Positions 1 to 13,180 are shown, numbered from the whole stretch's first letter. The stretch: DNA of 63,182 nt, filler included, from Chiloscyllium plagiosum (GCF_004010195.1; 4 parts of one record of this genome joined end to end with filler, not necessarily neighbours in it); one strand, 5' to 3'. Notes: a model not told the origin generated them from the letters alone. Numbers and translations are program-made.

Positions 1-215
1 CACCCCACTCTGACCTATCACCCTCACCTTGACCTCTTTCCACCGATCGCATTTCCAACGGCCCTCCCTAAAGTCCCTCCTCCCTACCTTTTATCTTAGC
101 CTGCTGGACACACTTTCCTCATTCCTGAAGAAGGGCTTATGCCCGAAACGTCGATTCTCCGATTCCCTGGATGCTGCCTGACCTGCTGCGCTGTTCCAGC
201 AACACATTTTCAGCA
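1..215 (+). mobile_element. Penelope-related repeat (family A), 3' part with hammerhead motif
   Basis: Same sequence family as 758-891 and 30198-30407 (attcctgaNgaagggc...gcccgaaacgtcgatt...gatgctgcctgacctgctg...ttccagca). Confidence 0.75.
121..156 (+). ncRNA. Minimal type I hammerhead ribozyme motif
   Basis: CTGAAGA(125-131)-A-GGGC/TTAT/GCCC-GAAAC-GTC(150-152); stem I ATTC/GATT is weak. Confidence 0.7.
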
Positions 216-757
216 AAGATCCTATACCTTAGAATGTATACTTGCCAGCCCTGGCCCTCCCTCAACCACATCTCTGACAGCAATCACAATTCCATGTGTC
301 AATTCACACCTTACTCATCTGTCTGACTTATGCCTGGTATACTTGTATCAAAGGGTGCTTCCTAATTTTATACTTCATTTCCTTTGAAATAAGAAACAAG
401 ATTCTATTTTCCTTCCCATTCACATAATATTTAGCACCTTTAATCTTGCAGTCAAAGTGCATAATCTTGTATTTCTCCACATTGTATTCCATCTACCAGG
501 ATTTTGCCCACCTACATAACCTATATCCCTTCGTAAGCTTTTTGTGTTATTCTCATCATTTGCCCTCCAATCTATTATGTATCATGCACAAACGTGGCTA
601 CGGTACATTCACTTGCCTCAAAGTCATTAAATGTTTATTGCAAATAATTGTGGTGTCCAGTACTGATCCCTGTGGTACTTCATTAGCTACAAGTTGCCAT
701 CCTGGAAATACCCCTTTACCCAACTAGGTCTTCCACTGGTTAGCCAATAGATTATCC

Positions 758-891
758 TTTATTCCTGATGAAGGGCCTTTGCCCGAAACGTCGATTTTGC
801 TGCTAGTTGGATGCTGTCTGAATTGCTGTGCTCTTCCAGCACCACTGATCCAGAATCTGGTTTCCAGGATCTGCAGTTATTGTTTTTACCT
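758..891 (+). mobile_element. 134-bp hammerhead-bearing mini-element (family A) with 12-bp TSD
   Basis: TSD aatagattatcc at 746-757 and 892-903. Confidence 0.85.
761..796 (+). ncRNA. Minimal hammerhead ribozyme motif
   Basis: CTGATGA(765-771)-A-GGGC/CTTT/GCCC-GAAAC-GTC(790-792). Confidence 0.7.
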
Positions 892-1329
892 AATAGATTA
901 TCCATGTTAATATACTATCATGGGGTTTTATTTTATTAAGTCACCTGGTGTGTTAGCTGATCAAACAGCTCTGAAAAGCCAAAATATTACCGCTTCCCCT
1001 TTATATATTCGGCTTGCTACCTCCTCAAAAGAATTCTAGCAAATTTATCAGGCTTGGAATTCCTTTTCATGAAGGCATGTTGACTGTTTGATCACTCAAA
1101 CAACACTGCTTACTCATTGATGCATTAAGTGAAATATGAAAAGCTGTGCCTCAAGTTTATTTGATGGCTTTGAAGGGCTGAGTTGAGGAGGAGGAGAGGA
1201 GAGAGAAAAGCCTGCAGGAACAAGACAAATCAGTGGATCAAATAAGTGCTCAGCAATAGGTACTAGCTGACAGAATTTTACAATAAAAGAGTTGCTCTCT
1301 TTGGAACGAACAAGCATTTAATAGAAAAC

Positions 1330-2115
1330 AGACACTAAATGCGAAGTCATCCATTTTGGGGAGGAATAGCAGTGAAAAGGACTTAATTGAACAGTAAAAA
1401 AAATTGCAGCATGCTGCTTTTGTAGAGGGACCGGAGTGTCCTTGTGCATGAATCACAGAAGGTTGGTTTGCAAGTGCAACAGGTAATTAAGATGACAAAT
1501 GGAATTTTGTCCTTTCTTGATAAAGGGATTGAGTTTAAAAGCAGGGAGGTTACGTTACAGCTGTACAGTGTGCTCGTGAGGCCACACCTGGAGTACTGCA
1601 TGCAGTTTTGGTCTCCTTACTTGAGGAAGGACATACTGGCACTGGATGGGGCGCAGAGAAGATTTACTTGGTTGATTCAAGAGTTGAGATGGTTGGTTTA
1701 TGAGGAGAGACAGTAGATAGGATTATATTCATTAGAATTTAGAAGAATGAGGGCGGATCTTACAGGAACAAAATTATGAAGGGAATAGATGTGATAGAAG
1801 CAGGGAGGTTTCTTCCACTGGTGGGTGAAACTAGAACAAGACGACATTGCCTCAAAATTAGGGGTGGAGGAACTTGTTCACCCAAAAAAAGGTTGTGAAT
1901 CTGTGGAATGTCCTACCCAGTGAAATAGTTGAGGCTTCCTCATCGAATGCTTTTAAAGCTAAGATAGGTAATTTTTTGAACAATGAAGGAATTAAGGTTT
2001 ATGGTGAGAGGGTTGCTATGTGGAGCTGAGTCCAAGAAAAGATCAGCCATGATCTTACTGAATGGCAGAGTGGGCTCGAAGATCCAGACAGCCAATGCCT
2101 GGTCCTTATGTCCTA
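1330..2115 (+). mobile_element. CR1 LINE 3' fragment
   Basis: ORF 1444..1716 carries LYSVLVRPHLEYCMQFWSPYLRKD; followed by a CR1-type 3' UTR. Confidence 0.85.
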
Positions 2116-2594
2116 ATGAAAACAATTTGGTGTCAAAATCTGATACTCATGAAATGCAGAAATAAATTCTAACATGACTAAAACCAGAAGGCAGTATACT
2201 CTGAAGATACAGTTCAATATTATTTCTCAGTTTTCAATCTTAAAAAGGAATTTTGCGTTTTCTATCATCAATGAGATTTTCCTCATTTCAACAGCACAGG
2301 GCTGCCGTTATAACTCGATGAAAAACCCATGAATTTCAGCAAATACCAAAGTAACAGATGTGTAGCAGCGATTACAAGCCATAATCTGGTTCTGGGAGTC
2401 AGACTGCTCTCAAATGCACAATTATCAGTCACACCAAAATGATTATTCCTTTATACCAAATGGTGTACCATCTCTTCATGTGAAATAATGCAAGTATTTC
2501 TTTACGATATAAACGAGAAACCCACACTGCTAAAACTACAGGCAGAACTCCAGTGGATTGAAACTGTAAACAGATAGCAGGGAGGAGATCATTT

Positions 2595-3225
2595 ATATAA
2601 ACTATTTGGATGAGCTTACAGTAAGTGTAGTTAGTAAGTTTGCAAATGACACCAAAATTGGTGGCAAAGTAGACAGTGAAGAAGGTTATCTAAGACTACG
2701 ACGGGATCTTGATCAAAGGACCGAGATGTGGAAAATGAGAGTTTAATCTTGATAAATGTGAAGTGCTGCATTTTGCTTTGATGAACAGGGCAGGATTGAA
2801 CAGGTTATGATAAGGCACAGGAGAGTGTTGTAGAACAGAGAGACCTAGCGTTCAGGTACATAAGTCATTGAAAGTTGCATCACAGGCAGAGAGGGTGGTA
2901 AAGGTGGCTTTTGGCAGACTTGCCTTCATTGTTCAAAACAGAGTATAGGAGTCGAGATGACATATGATTATGCAGGATGTTGGGGAAGCCAATTTTTGAG
3001 TATTGTGTATAGTTGTGGTTGCCCTGCCAAAGGATGGAGATCATTAAGTTGGAGAGGGTGCAGAAAATATTTACAGAGATGTTACTGGGATTGGAGGGCT
3101 TGAGTTATAAAGGAGAAGCTGGAGACAGGCTGGGACATTTTTCACTGGAGGATAGGAGGCGGAGGGTGACCTTATAGAGGTTTACAAAATCATGAGGGGC
3201 ATAGACAAAGTGAATAGCCAGGAAC
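2595..3225 (+). mobile_element. Degenerate CR1 LINE fragment
   Basis: SKFANDTKIGG and KCEVLHF remnants. Confidence 0.8.
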
Positions 3226-3403
3226 ACATACATCCAATCAAACACGAAGAGAAACCAATACTGATTGTTAAGTGATGCTACATTAGGATCCAAGGTGTAC
3301 TGCATGAAAATCAAACAAAGTTAACTAGTTAGTTTAGGAGAGTTTCTTGAAAAGGATGAGCCAATAATGAGATTCCATACTGAACATAATTTCATAAAAT
3401 CTC

Positions 3404-3678
3404 TACAGTGTAGATAAGAGGCCATTTGGCCTATCAAGTCTGCACCAACCCTCCGAAGGGCACATCACGCAGACCCACCCTACTTTTACCATAGTTAATC
3501 CACATAGCTACATATCCCTGGTGACTACAGGGCAATTTTGTATGGGCAACCCACCTAATCAGCACATCAGACTGTGGGAGGACACCACAGCACCCGACAG
3601 AAACCCACGCAGACAGACAGTTGGCCAAGGCCAGAATTAAGCCACAGTCCCTGGCAGTGAGGCAGCAGTGCTAACCAA
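3404..3678 (-). mobile_element. HE1-type tRNA-derived SINE
   Basis: Reverse complement of the SINE at 24402 (tggttagcactgctgcctcactgccaggg...), with a CR1-like tail. Confidence 0.75.
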
Positions 3679-6600
3679 TTTACCAATGCAACTTACATGT
3701 TAGGAGAATAAAAGGAGAGATTTCACAAGAGCCCAAAGCATCATTGCACAGACATTGATGAATGAGTCAAGGTTAGAGCAGACAGAAGATCATCCAACCA
3801 GGGATAGTGAGGCATAATTTGAAAATCTGTTTCGCAAACACACAAAGAACGACTTCACACAAAAGGGGAAGTGCTGCATTATTTCCCATAAAAATGTGGT
3901 GACTTCTGTAAGACACATACAATTTTCAGGAGATTGACTTTCTTTTCTTTCAAAAGGGCATCAAGAGGTATTGCAAAAAGCAGGAGAACGGGTATTTAGC
4001 AACGAAATATTGAAATATGCTGAAGGGGTTGAACGTTGAGCTGCTGTTTTAAACCTACTATAATCAACAATAACCAGCAATTAGTAAAATTAGACAATTT
4101 CCTCAAATCTTCCAATAATATTTGAACTGTTCAATCTTTATCGAACTGCATAGGAGTTTTTTTTGAAACTGAAAAATCAAACACACTGTCAAAGCTCTTT
4201 AACTTGGGAAAATAGTGTAATCTCAAGACCCAGGCTAATATTCTCTCATAAGAACCAGGAGCAGGAGTAGGCCACCTGGTCCTTCAAGCCCACTCTGCCA
4301 TTCAATAAGATCATGTATTGACTCAGCTCCACTTGCCCATTCTGTCAGTGTCTCCCTTAGTTTCTTTATTGTTCAAAAAAAATCTTAGCTTTAAAACTAT
4401 TTACTGAAGTAGCATCAACTACTTCACTGGGCAAGGAATTCAATAGATTCACAACCCTGAGTGAGAAAGTTCCCTCTCAATTCAGTCCTAAATCAGCTCC
4501 CTCTAATATTGATGTTATACCCTCTTGTCCTAGGTTACCTGCCAGTGGAAACATCCTCTCTATTTCTATCTTATCTATTCCCTTCACGATTTTATATGTT
4601 TCTATAAGATCCTCCTTCATTCTAAATTCCAATGAATATAATCCCAGTCTACTCAGTCAATCCTCAACTCTTTCAACTCTGCAATCAACCTTGTGAACTT
4701 CCTCTGCACACCCTCTTGTGCCAGTACATCCTTTCTCAAATAAGGAGACCAAAACTGCATGCAGTACTCCAGGTGTGGCCTCACCAGCACACTATATAGC
4801 TGCAACATAATCTCCCTGCTTTTAAACTCAATCTCTTTAGCAATGAAGGACAAAAATTCCATTTGCCTTCCTAATTACGTTTTGTACCGCAGACCAACCC
4901 TCTGATTCATGCACAAGGACACCCAGACCCCTCTGCATAGTAGCATGCTGCAACTTTTTAACTATTCAAGTAATAATCCTTTTTACTGTTACTCCTATCA
5001 AAATGGATAACTTCACATTTAGCAACATTGTACTCTATCTGCCAGACCTTTACCCACTCACTTAAAGTATCTGTGTTCTTCTGTAAAGTTTCACAGTTCT
5101 CTGCACACTTTGCTCTGCCACTCAACATAGTGTTATCTGCAAACTTTGACACACTACACGTGGTCCCCAACTCCAAATCATCTTTACAAATTTTGAATAA
5201 TTGCAGTCCCAACACTAATCCCAGAGGCACACCACTAGTTACTGATTGCTCTTCTGGTTGGCACTCATTTATCTCCCCTCGGTTTCCTGTTGGTCAACCA
5301 ATCCCCTATCCATGCTAATACTTTACTCACAATGCTATGCATCTATGTCTTATGCAGGAGCCTCTTGTGCGGCACCTTGTCGAAGGCCTTTTGGAAATGT
5401 AGGTACACCATATCCACTGGGTCCCCGTTGTCCACCTTGCTCGTAACGTCTTCATAGAATTCCAAAAGATTAGTTAAGCATGACCTGCCCTTCATGAACC
5501 CTTGCACATCTACCCAAGAGGACAATTTCTGTCTCGAAGCCTTGCTATTTCTTCCTTGATCATAGACTCAAGCATCTTCCCCACTAGAGAGCTTAAGCTA
5601 ACTGGTCTATAATTCCCCATCTTTTGTCTACCTCCCCTTTTAAACAGTGGCGTCATATTTGCTGTTTTCCAATCTGCTGCAACGGCCCAGAGTCCAGCGA
5701 ATTTTGGAAAATTACCACAAGTGCACTTGCTATTTCTCCCACCATCTCTTTTAGTACCCTGGGATGCGTTCCATCAGGGCCAGGAGACTGGTCTATCCCG
5801 AGCTCCATTAGCTTGCCCAACACTACCTCTCCCGTAATATTGATTGCTTCCAGATCCTAACCTACCTTTGTCTCTTTGTCAATTATTGGCATATTAGTAG
5901 GGTCCTCCACTGTGAAAACCGACACAAACTAGCCATTCAATGCCTCGGCAATTTCACATCTCATAACTAAATCCCTCTTCTCATCAATGTTTACTTTAGC
6001 CACTTTTTTCCGTTTTATATATTTACAGATACTTTTGCTATCTGTCTGTATATTCTGTGCTAGCTTTTTCTCATGTTCGATTTACTTTTCTTTATAGGTC
6101 TTTTTATGGCTTTGTCGACTTTTAAAACTTTCCCAAGCTTGTAATTTCCTGCTGATCTTGGCCAGTGTGTATGCCTTCTCTTTAAATTTAATAGCCTCCC
6201 TTATTTCCTGACACCAATGGCAGATTACCCCTTTTCCTCAAGTCCTTCCTTTTCACTAGTATATGTTTTGCTGAGCACTTTGAAAATTTGCTTTGACAGT
6301 CCTCCACTGCTAGTCAACTGTCGCACCAGAAAATCATTGTTTTAAGTCTAGTTTAGCCAAGTCCTCCCTCATCCTATTGTCATCTCTCTCGTTTAAGCAC
6401 AGAACCCAGATTTTGGATTTTATCTTCACACTGTCCATGTGTATTCTATATTCAACCATACTGTGATTACTCCTTCCAAGATGCCAAACTACAAGGTCAT
6501 TAACTATTCCTGTCTCATTACACAGGACCAGATAGAGGATAGCTTGCTCCCTTGTCAGTTCCATTACATACTGTTCAAGAAAGCTATCGCAGACACACTT

Positions 6601-7142
6601 ATTGAACTCCTCCTCAAGGGCACCCTGACCGAGCTGGTTTGACCAATCGACATGTAGATTAAAAGCCCCCTGATAATTGCTATACTATTATTATAGGCAT
6701 TAGTTATTTCTTTGTTTACTGCCTGCCACAATGTGAAGTTATTTTTTGGTGGCCTATGGACTACGGCTTATCGCTGACATTTCTTCTCAGAATTTCTAAT
6801 TTCCACACAAATGGATTCAGCCTTATTCTCCACAGAACCAATATCATCTCTGAGCACTGCCCTGACGTTGTCTTTGACTATCATAGCTACACCAGCTCCC
6901 TTACCTTCCTGTATGTCCTTCCAAATTGTCTAAAACCCTTGGATATTTAACACCCAGTCGTGACCATCCTGTAACCATGTCTTTGTAATGGCTACTAAAT
7001 CAAATTCATTCGCCATGATTTTTGCCGTTAACTCATGGACCTTGTTACAAATGCTACGAGCATTCAGGTAAAGTGCTCTTATGCTAGTTTTCAACCCTCA
7101 TGATTTCCAACATCTCTCATAACATCTCCTGAGCTACCCTTC

Positions 7143-8388
7143 ATAGAACATAACAGCACAGTACAGGCCCTTCAGCCCTCAATGTTGCGCATACCTGTGG
7201 AACCAATCTGAAGCCCACCTAATCTACACTATTCCATTTTCATCCATATGTTTATCCAATGACCATTTAAATGTCCTTGAAGTTGGGGAGTGTACTACTG
7301 TTGCAGGTAATATGTCCCACACCCCTACTACTCTCTGAGTAAAGAAACTACCTCTGACATCTGTCCTAGATCTATTACCCCTCAATTTAAAGCTATGTTT
7401 CCTCAGGCTAGCCATCACCATCCGAAGAAAAAGGCTCATCATCATCATCCACCCAATCTAACCTTTGGATTATCTTAAGTCACCTCTCAACCTTCTTCTT
7501 TCTAACGAAAACACCTTAAAATCCCTCAGCCTTGCCTCATAAGATGCTCCCTCCAGACCAGGCAACACCCTGGTAAGTCTCCTCTCCATCCTTTCCAAAG
7601 CTTCCAGAACGGTATGCAATACTCAAAGCGCTGCCGCACCAGAGTTTTGTACAGTTGCAGCACGACGTTGTGGCTGCGAAACTCAATCCCTCTACAAATG
7701 AAAGCACACCATCCACCTTCAAAACAACCCTATTAATCTGGGTAGCAACTTTCAGGGATCGATGTACATGGACACCAAGATTGCTGCTCATCTACACGAG
7801 CAAGAATCTTACCATTAGCCTAGTACTCTTTATTCCTGTTGCTCCTTCCAAAGTGAATCACCTCACACTTCTCCGCATTCAACTCCATTTGCCACCTCTC
7901 AGCCCAGCTCTGCAGTTTATTTATGTCCCTCTGTAACCCGCAACAACCTTTGGCACTCTCCACAACTCCACCAACCTGAGTGTCATCCACACAAATTTAC
8001 TAACCCATCTTTCTATGCCCTCATCCAGGTCATTTATAAAAATGACAAACAGCAGTGACCCCAAAACAGATCCTTGCGGTACACCACTAGTAACTGAACT
8101 CCAGGATGAACATTTCCCATCAACCACCACCCTCTGTCTTCTTTCAGCTAGCCAATTTCTGATTCAAACTGCTAAATTACCCTCAATCCCAAACCTCCAT
8201 ATTTTGTGCATAACCTACCGTGGGGAACCTGATCAAATGCCTTACTGAAATCCATATACACCACATCAACCGCTTTACCTTCATCCAACTGCTTGGTCAC
8301 CTTCTCAAAGAACTCAATAAGGTTTGTGAGGTATGACCTAGCCTTCATAAAACCACTTGACTATCCCTAATCAACCTATTCCTCTCTC
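7143..8388 (-). mobile_element. 5'-truncated CR1 LINE nested in the older CR1
   Basis: [21 protein letters not shown] and FFTQRVVGVW peptides; 3' tail (gttctatg) at the left end. Confidence 0.88.
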
Positions 8389-8684
8389 GATTTAGAGATG
8401 CCAGTGTTGGACTGGGGTGTACAAAGTTAAAAATCACACAACACCAAGTTATAGTCCAACAGGTTTAATTGGAAGCACACTAGCTACAGATGAAAGGCTT
8501 AACAGACAATCAATTTTTCAATGTATAATTTCAGTTACATCACACTGTAAATTTTTGCTATAAATTCTGTGTGTTAGGATTGAGCCCTCCACTATCACCC
8601 GATGAAGAAGCGTCGCTCCGAAAGCTAGTGTGCTTCCAATTAAACCTGTTGGACTATAACTTGGTGTTGTGTGATTTTTAACTT
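8389..8684. mobile_element. Penelope-related fold-back element (family B), 63-bp perfect inverted arms, 12-bp TSD
   Basis: Arms 8423-8485 and 8623-8685 are exact reverse complements; TSD tattcctctctc at 8377-8388 and 8685-8696; mutated hammerhead CCGATGA..GAAAGCTA at 8596-8630. Confidence 0.85.
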
Positions 8685-9864
8685 TATTCCTCTCTCTTCT
8701 AACCTTTTCCTTTTTACTTCTTTCACAGTGTGCCTTGTACTTAAATCCTTCTGTACACATGCTAACCTGCTGCTTACCTTTTATTTACCATCATACTTTC
8801 CATTGTTTTCCCTTTGCCTTCCGCTGACTCACTAGTTTAAAATCCAAGTTACCATCCCATTTATCCATTTCATTTGAACACTTGTTCCAGAATGATTCAA
8901 GTGGAAACTATCCCACTAGGACAGATCCCTCCTGTTCAAAAATTGAGACCAAAATGTAACCCTTCTTTCCCATACCACTCCCTTAGCCACATGTCAGGGA
9001 TAAATTGGCAAATATCCCGAAGCCAATTTGCACGTAGCTCAGGCAGTAATCTGGAGATTATAACCCTTGAGAAACTGTTCCTTAAATTTTGTTTTTAGTG
9101 CTTGATAATCCCCAAACAGGTCCTCCATTCTATCCTTGCCGATGGTGTTTGTCCCAATGTGGACTACAACACCTGGATCCTCCCCCTCCAATATCACTTC
9201 ACTCTGGCACCGGGCAGGCAACACATCATGCGGGACTCCTGATCCAGCTGGCAAAGGATATTATCTATCCCCTTAATTATAGAATCCCCTGTAACTACCA
9301 TTTTTTTTTTGCTCCCCCTCTTGAATAATCTTCTGCACGATTGTGCCGTGGTCAGCTGGCTCATTCTCCCTGCAGCCCTTTTCCTCATCCACACAGGGAG
9401 GAAGCATCTCATGGCTGTTGGATAAGGTCAAGAGCTGAGGGTCCTCCATTCCGGAGTTCAGGATCCCCCTACCTCCATCACTTGCAATCACACCCTGTTG
9501 TCCCTGATCACTAACTAAATTTGAATTATTTAATCTACTAGGTGTGACTGCCTCCTGAAACAGATCGTCCAGGTACTTCTCCCCCTTCCAGATATGCCAG
9601 ATCATCAACTCTGAACTGAAGTTCCTCTAGCAACCAACACTTGCTGCAGATGTGGTCACTGTAGTTCATATTGGGATCAGCCAGCTCCCACATCACACAG
9701 CTACAGCACATCACCTGCCCAGCCATCTCTACCTAATTACTTAAACGTATATAAATTTATGAGTTAATTAATTTGTAATATTGCTCTGCTCAGGGGGATC
9801 CTGTGATTGCTCTCGTTCAAACTTCCTGCAGGTTTCCTACTAGCCAATCAAGTCACAGCTTCCG

Positions 9865-10090
9865 TGAACCGAGGCTCAAATACTGATATGCCTGATGAAA
9901 TTTGAATTTAATTGCAAACTTCGGAATTGAAAGCTGGTTGGATGACGACCATTGTTGGTGGTCTTAAAAATGAAGATCTGGTTCACTATTATCCTTTAGG
10001 AAGGAAATGTGCCTTCCTTACCCTGTTCTTGCCTACATATGACTCAAATCACAGCAGTGTTCGCATATGGAATTTTCCATACAAACCAGT
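9865..10090 (+). mobile_element. Deu-domain (SacSINE1-like) SINE body
   Basis: ctggttcacta.t.tcctttaggaaggaaat.tgcc.tccttacc...tgactc core, shared with 10150-10390 and 56100-56455. Confidence 0.65.
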
Positions 10091-10149
10091 TTTACTTTGT
10101 TGGGGGGGGGGGGGGGGGGGGGGGTGGAAACTATGCTGGACGAGTTACC

Positions 10150-11000
10150 TCGAGATTGATGCAATGCTGTGGGGATACAGTTAAATTTGAATTCAAAAAC
10201 TGTGCTATTAAAAGTCTAATGATGAAATGATGAATGTGGAACCGCTGTCAATTGCCATAAAAAAAACCTGATTCACCAACATCTTTGAGACAGGAAAATC
10301 TGCCATCTTTACCTGGTGTAGACTCCAGGCAGACATGTGACTAATTCTTCACTGTCCTCTGAAATGGCCAAAGGAGCCACTCATTTGTACAAAAACACGA
10401 ACAAATCTCAAAAGGAATGAAACTGACAAGACTTCCTGACATCGACTTGGGCACTGGACATGATAAATTTCATCCCTGTTAACATGGCAAAATCCTCCTT
10501 CCTTTCATCTGTGGGCAAATACTAACACTGGTAGAGCTGTCCATGGACTAGTTAATCAACAGCTACATTCCTAATGAAGGGCTCCTACCCAAAATGTCGA
10601 TTTTCCTGCTCCTCTGAGGCTGCCTGACCAGCTGTACATTTCTAGCACCACTCTAATCTGGACTCTAATCTCCAGCATCTGTAGTCCTCACCTTTTACCT
10701 GGCTACTAATAGTCACACCCATGGAATCATCCTTTACATTGTGTCCCAGACAACACCATCCCAGAGTCTGTTCTGTCCCACCAGCAGGGTGATAGCCAAC
10801 CAATAGCCTTGGGAGTTTTCAGCACTGACTCTGTACCATGAATTCTTATGGTAAGAGATCATGGATAAGAATCCTCCTGCTGACCACACACCCCTTAGCT
10901 GATGGATCACCACTGCATGTCGAGCATTACTTGGCAGAGACATTAGGGGGTGATAACGCAAGGGTGCAGAATGTACTCTTAAAAACTTCAATGTCTATCA
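10150..11000 (+). mobile_element. Deu-SINE-like head continuing into a decayed LINE APE endonuclease region; family-A mini-element inserted at ~10566-10701
   Basis: Deu core at ~10260-10390; then GQILTLVELS.GLVNQQ.LIVTPMES and HPLADGSPLHVEHYL...ARVQNVL, resembling an APE domain. Confidence 0.6.
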
Positions 11001-11734
11001 GATCATCTTCATTCCCGTTACCTTCTTACTTTTAATTGCAGTTTTTGAAAATAATGTCAGAAAACTTAATTTTATCATACCACTTTTCCAATGATTATTC
11101 CTCTTCCTGCATAATTCTATTGGCCTAAGATCCATTCACAATACAATCAGAAAACAATCCAAACGTTTCTCCTATCGTATTTCAAATGTTGTTCACTTCC
11201 ATTAGTTGTGTTACAACCCTGCTACAGTCAATACTTATGAACTAGCCAGATAATTCTCCATGTCAAAAACAACTCTTTCTACAAGAGCTACAAGATTTAT
11301 TGCACTGCTACAAATTCTCCACTCATTAATTAAACCAACGTACTCAGTAACTCAGCTCTATAGAAAAGGACAACTTCCATGTAAACCTCTAATGAATATT
11401 TTCTCCTTCATTAGCTTCTCTGAATGGCTGAAGCCAGGATATCAACATCTCAAATATTTTTCAAAGAGAGAAAGGATTCTTATTGTTCAAATGGGATGTC
11501 AGGGTCACCAGCAAGGTTTTTAATGTCTATTACCAAGAAGGACTCAGTAATACCAATACTGACCAACCTGGCCTAAAGCACAAAACTGCTTGACTGGTTT
11601 TCTGCAGATGGTGACAGAAGCAAAAAAAGAGGAAGAAATATACTTGACATCATGGTCACCAATCTACATGTCACAGATTTGTCTTTACCCAGCCAAGACT
11701 TTGTTATGTGGCTAATTGGGGCAGAATTCAAACA

Positions 11735-11867
11735 TGAAGAAATTGAGGACTGCAGATGCTGGAGATCAGAGTCAAGTAGGTGGTGTTGGAAAAGCACAGC
11801 TGGTCACGCAGCACCCAAGGAGCAGAAGAGTCAATATTTTGAGCACAAGATCTTCATCAGGAATGCA
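11735..11867 (-). mobile_element. Family A mini-element, degenerate hammerhead at its 5' end
   Basis: Reverse complement begins cattcctgatgaagatc... and ends ...ctccagcatctgcagtcctca. Confidence 0.75.
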
Positions 11868-12559
11868 ATTATCTGACACAGTTAAGGGATAAATAACAAA
11901 ATATGTAATGGGCCAGTCCACAATTTAAAGAACAAGCACGAGATTGTATCTTGCTTGGTTTCTGAAGACATCAATGCACGCAAATACCTTCCAACAGACT
12001 CTGAGGAATATTCACCTAATACTTACCAAGACTCTATTCTCCAAACTTTCAATAAGTGGATAATGAGAGGATAACCAGGGAGCAATCAAATCTCCATTCC
12101 CTTCGCTTTCGCAGCCACAATTCTTCTGACAAAAAACAGTTTAAAGTCAGTGCAAACTTTGGTTTCTCCTTTTCTCCCACCAATATTTCCTTCGTTAAAC
12201 TGACTGGCACTATAACTCAGAGGCCCCAGTTAATATTCAAATATCTGCCATCTGTTCGGGCATAATCCATCTCTGGAACAGAAACATCTCAAGTATTCTT
12301 GGAACAAAAAAAATCAAAAATGTTCTTCCAGGCCTGGGCTCAAACAAATATCAGTTTATTTGCTCTCCTTGTCTTTGACAAAAAAATAGCTGCTACTCAA
12401 AACCCACTCTACTGACCTGCATTGCCAACTTCAGGGAACAATGGACTTGAACACCCAGATCTCTCTGCACATCAACTTTCCCCAGGACCTCATTTACTGT
12501 GTAGTTCGCTCTGGAATTGCATCTTTCAAAATGCATCATCTCATTTGTCCAGATTGGAC

Positions 12560-13180
12560 AGAGAAATGGCAGGTAGAGTTCAATTCTCCAATCTATCTAT
12601 CTATATTCTGCTGTATTTTCTGATAGTCCCCTTCACTATCTGCTACTCCATCAATCTTAGTGTCATCTGTAAACCTGCTAATCAGGCAACCAACACCTTC
12701 CTCCAAATAAATTATATATATTACAAACAGTGATCCCTGCATGGACCCCTGTGGGATACCACTGGTCACAGGTCTCCATTTTGAGAAACTCCCTTCAACT
12801 ACTTCTGTCTCTTGTTGCTCAACTAGTTCTTTATTCATCTAGCTAGAACACCCTGGACCCCACACGACCTTATCTTCATCATCCTACCATGGGGAACCTG
12901 ATCAAACAGCTTACTGAAGTCCATATATATGACATCTATATCCCTTCCCTCATCAATCAACTTTGTCACCTCTCCAAAGAATTCTATTAGGTTTTTAAGA
13001 CATGACCTTCCCTGCATAGAACCATGCTGCCCATCACGGATAAGCCCATTTCCTTCCAGAAGGGTATATATCCTATCCCTTAGGATCTCCTCCAGTAGCT
13101 TCCTTACCACACACAACAGGCTCACAGGTCTGTAATTACCTGGATTATCCCTGCTACCTTCTTAAATAAGGGGACAACAT
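12560..13180 (-). mobile_element. CR1 RT fragment
   Basis: GRSCLKNLIEFF, YMDFSKLFDQVPH, SGIPQGS and RFTDDTKI peptides. Confidence 0.88.

Larger units (their letters stand above)
430..1095 (-). mobile_element. Degenerate CR1 LINE RT fragment
   Basis: Reverse complement encodes remnants of the [10 protein letters not shown] region; interrupted by the element at 758-891. Confidence 0.7.
4247..9865 (-). mobile_element. Near full-length decayed CR1 LINE (ORF1 Cys-rich + SGNH esterase; ORF2 APE + RT) with nested insertions at 7143-8684
   Basis: ORF1 starts MAGQVMCCSC at 9726 and carries VTGDSIIKG and VVHIGTN; ORF2 pieces ILYLVL, GRSCLTNLLEF, SKFADNT, RPHLEYC; tail at ~4247. Appears inserted in a Deu SINE (head at ~4210, remainder at ~9865-10090). 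Confidence 0.88.

Noticed and set aside
10102..10124. Poly-G tracts (also ~21384-21410) as functional G-quadruplexes
   Set aside because: Simple homopolymer expansions at repeat boundaries with no independent support; their length is unreliable in assemblies.
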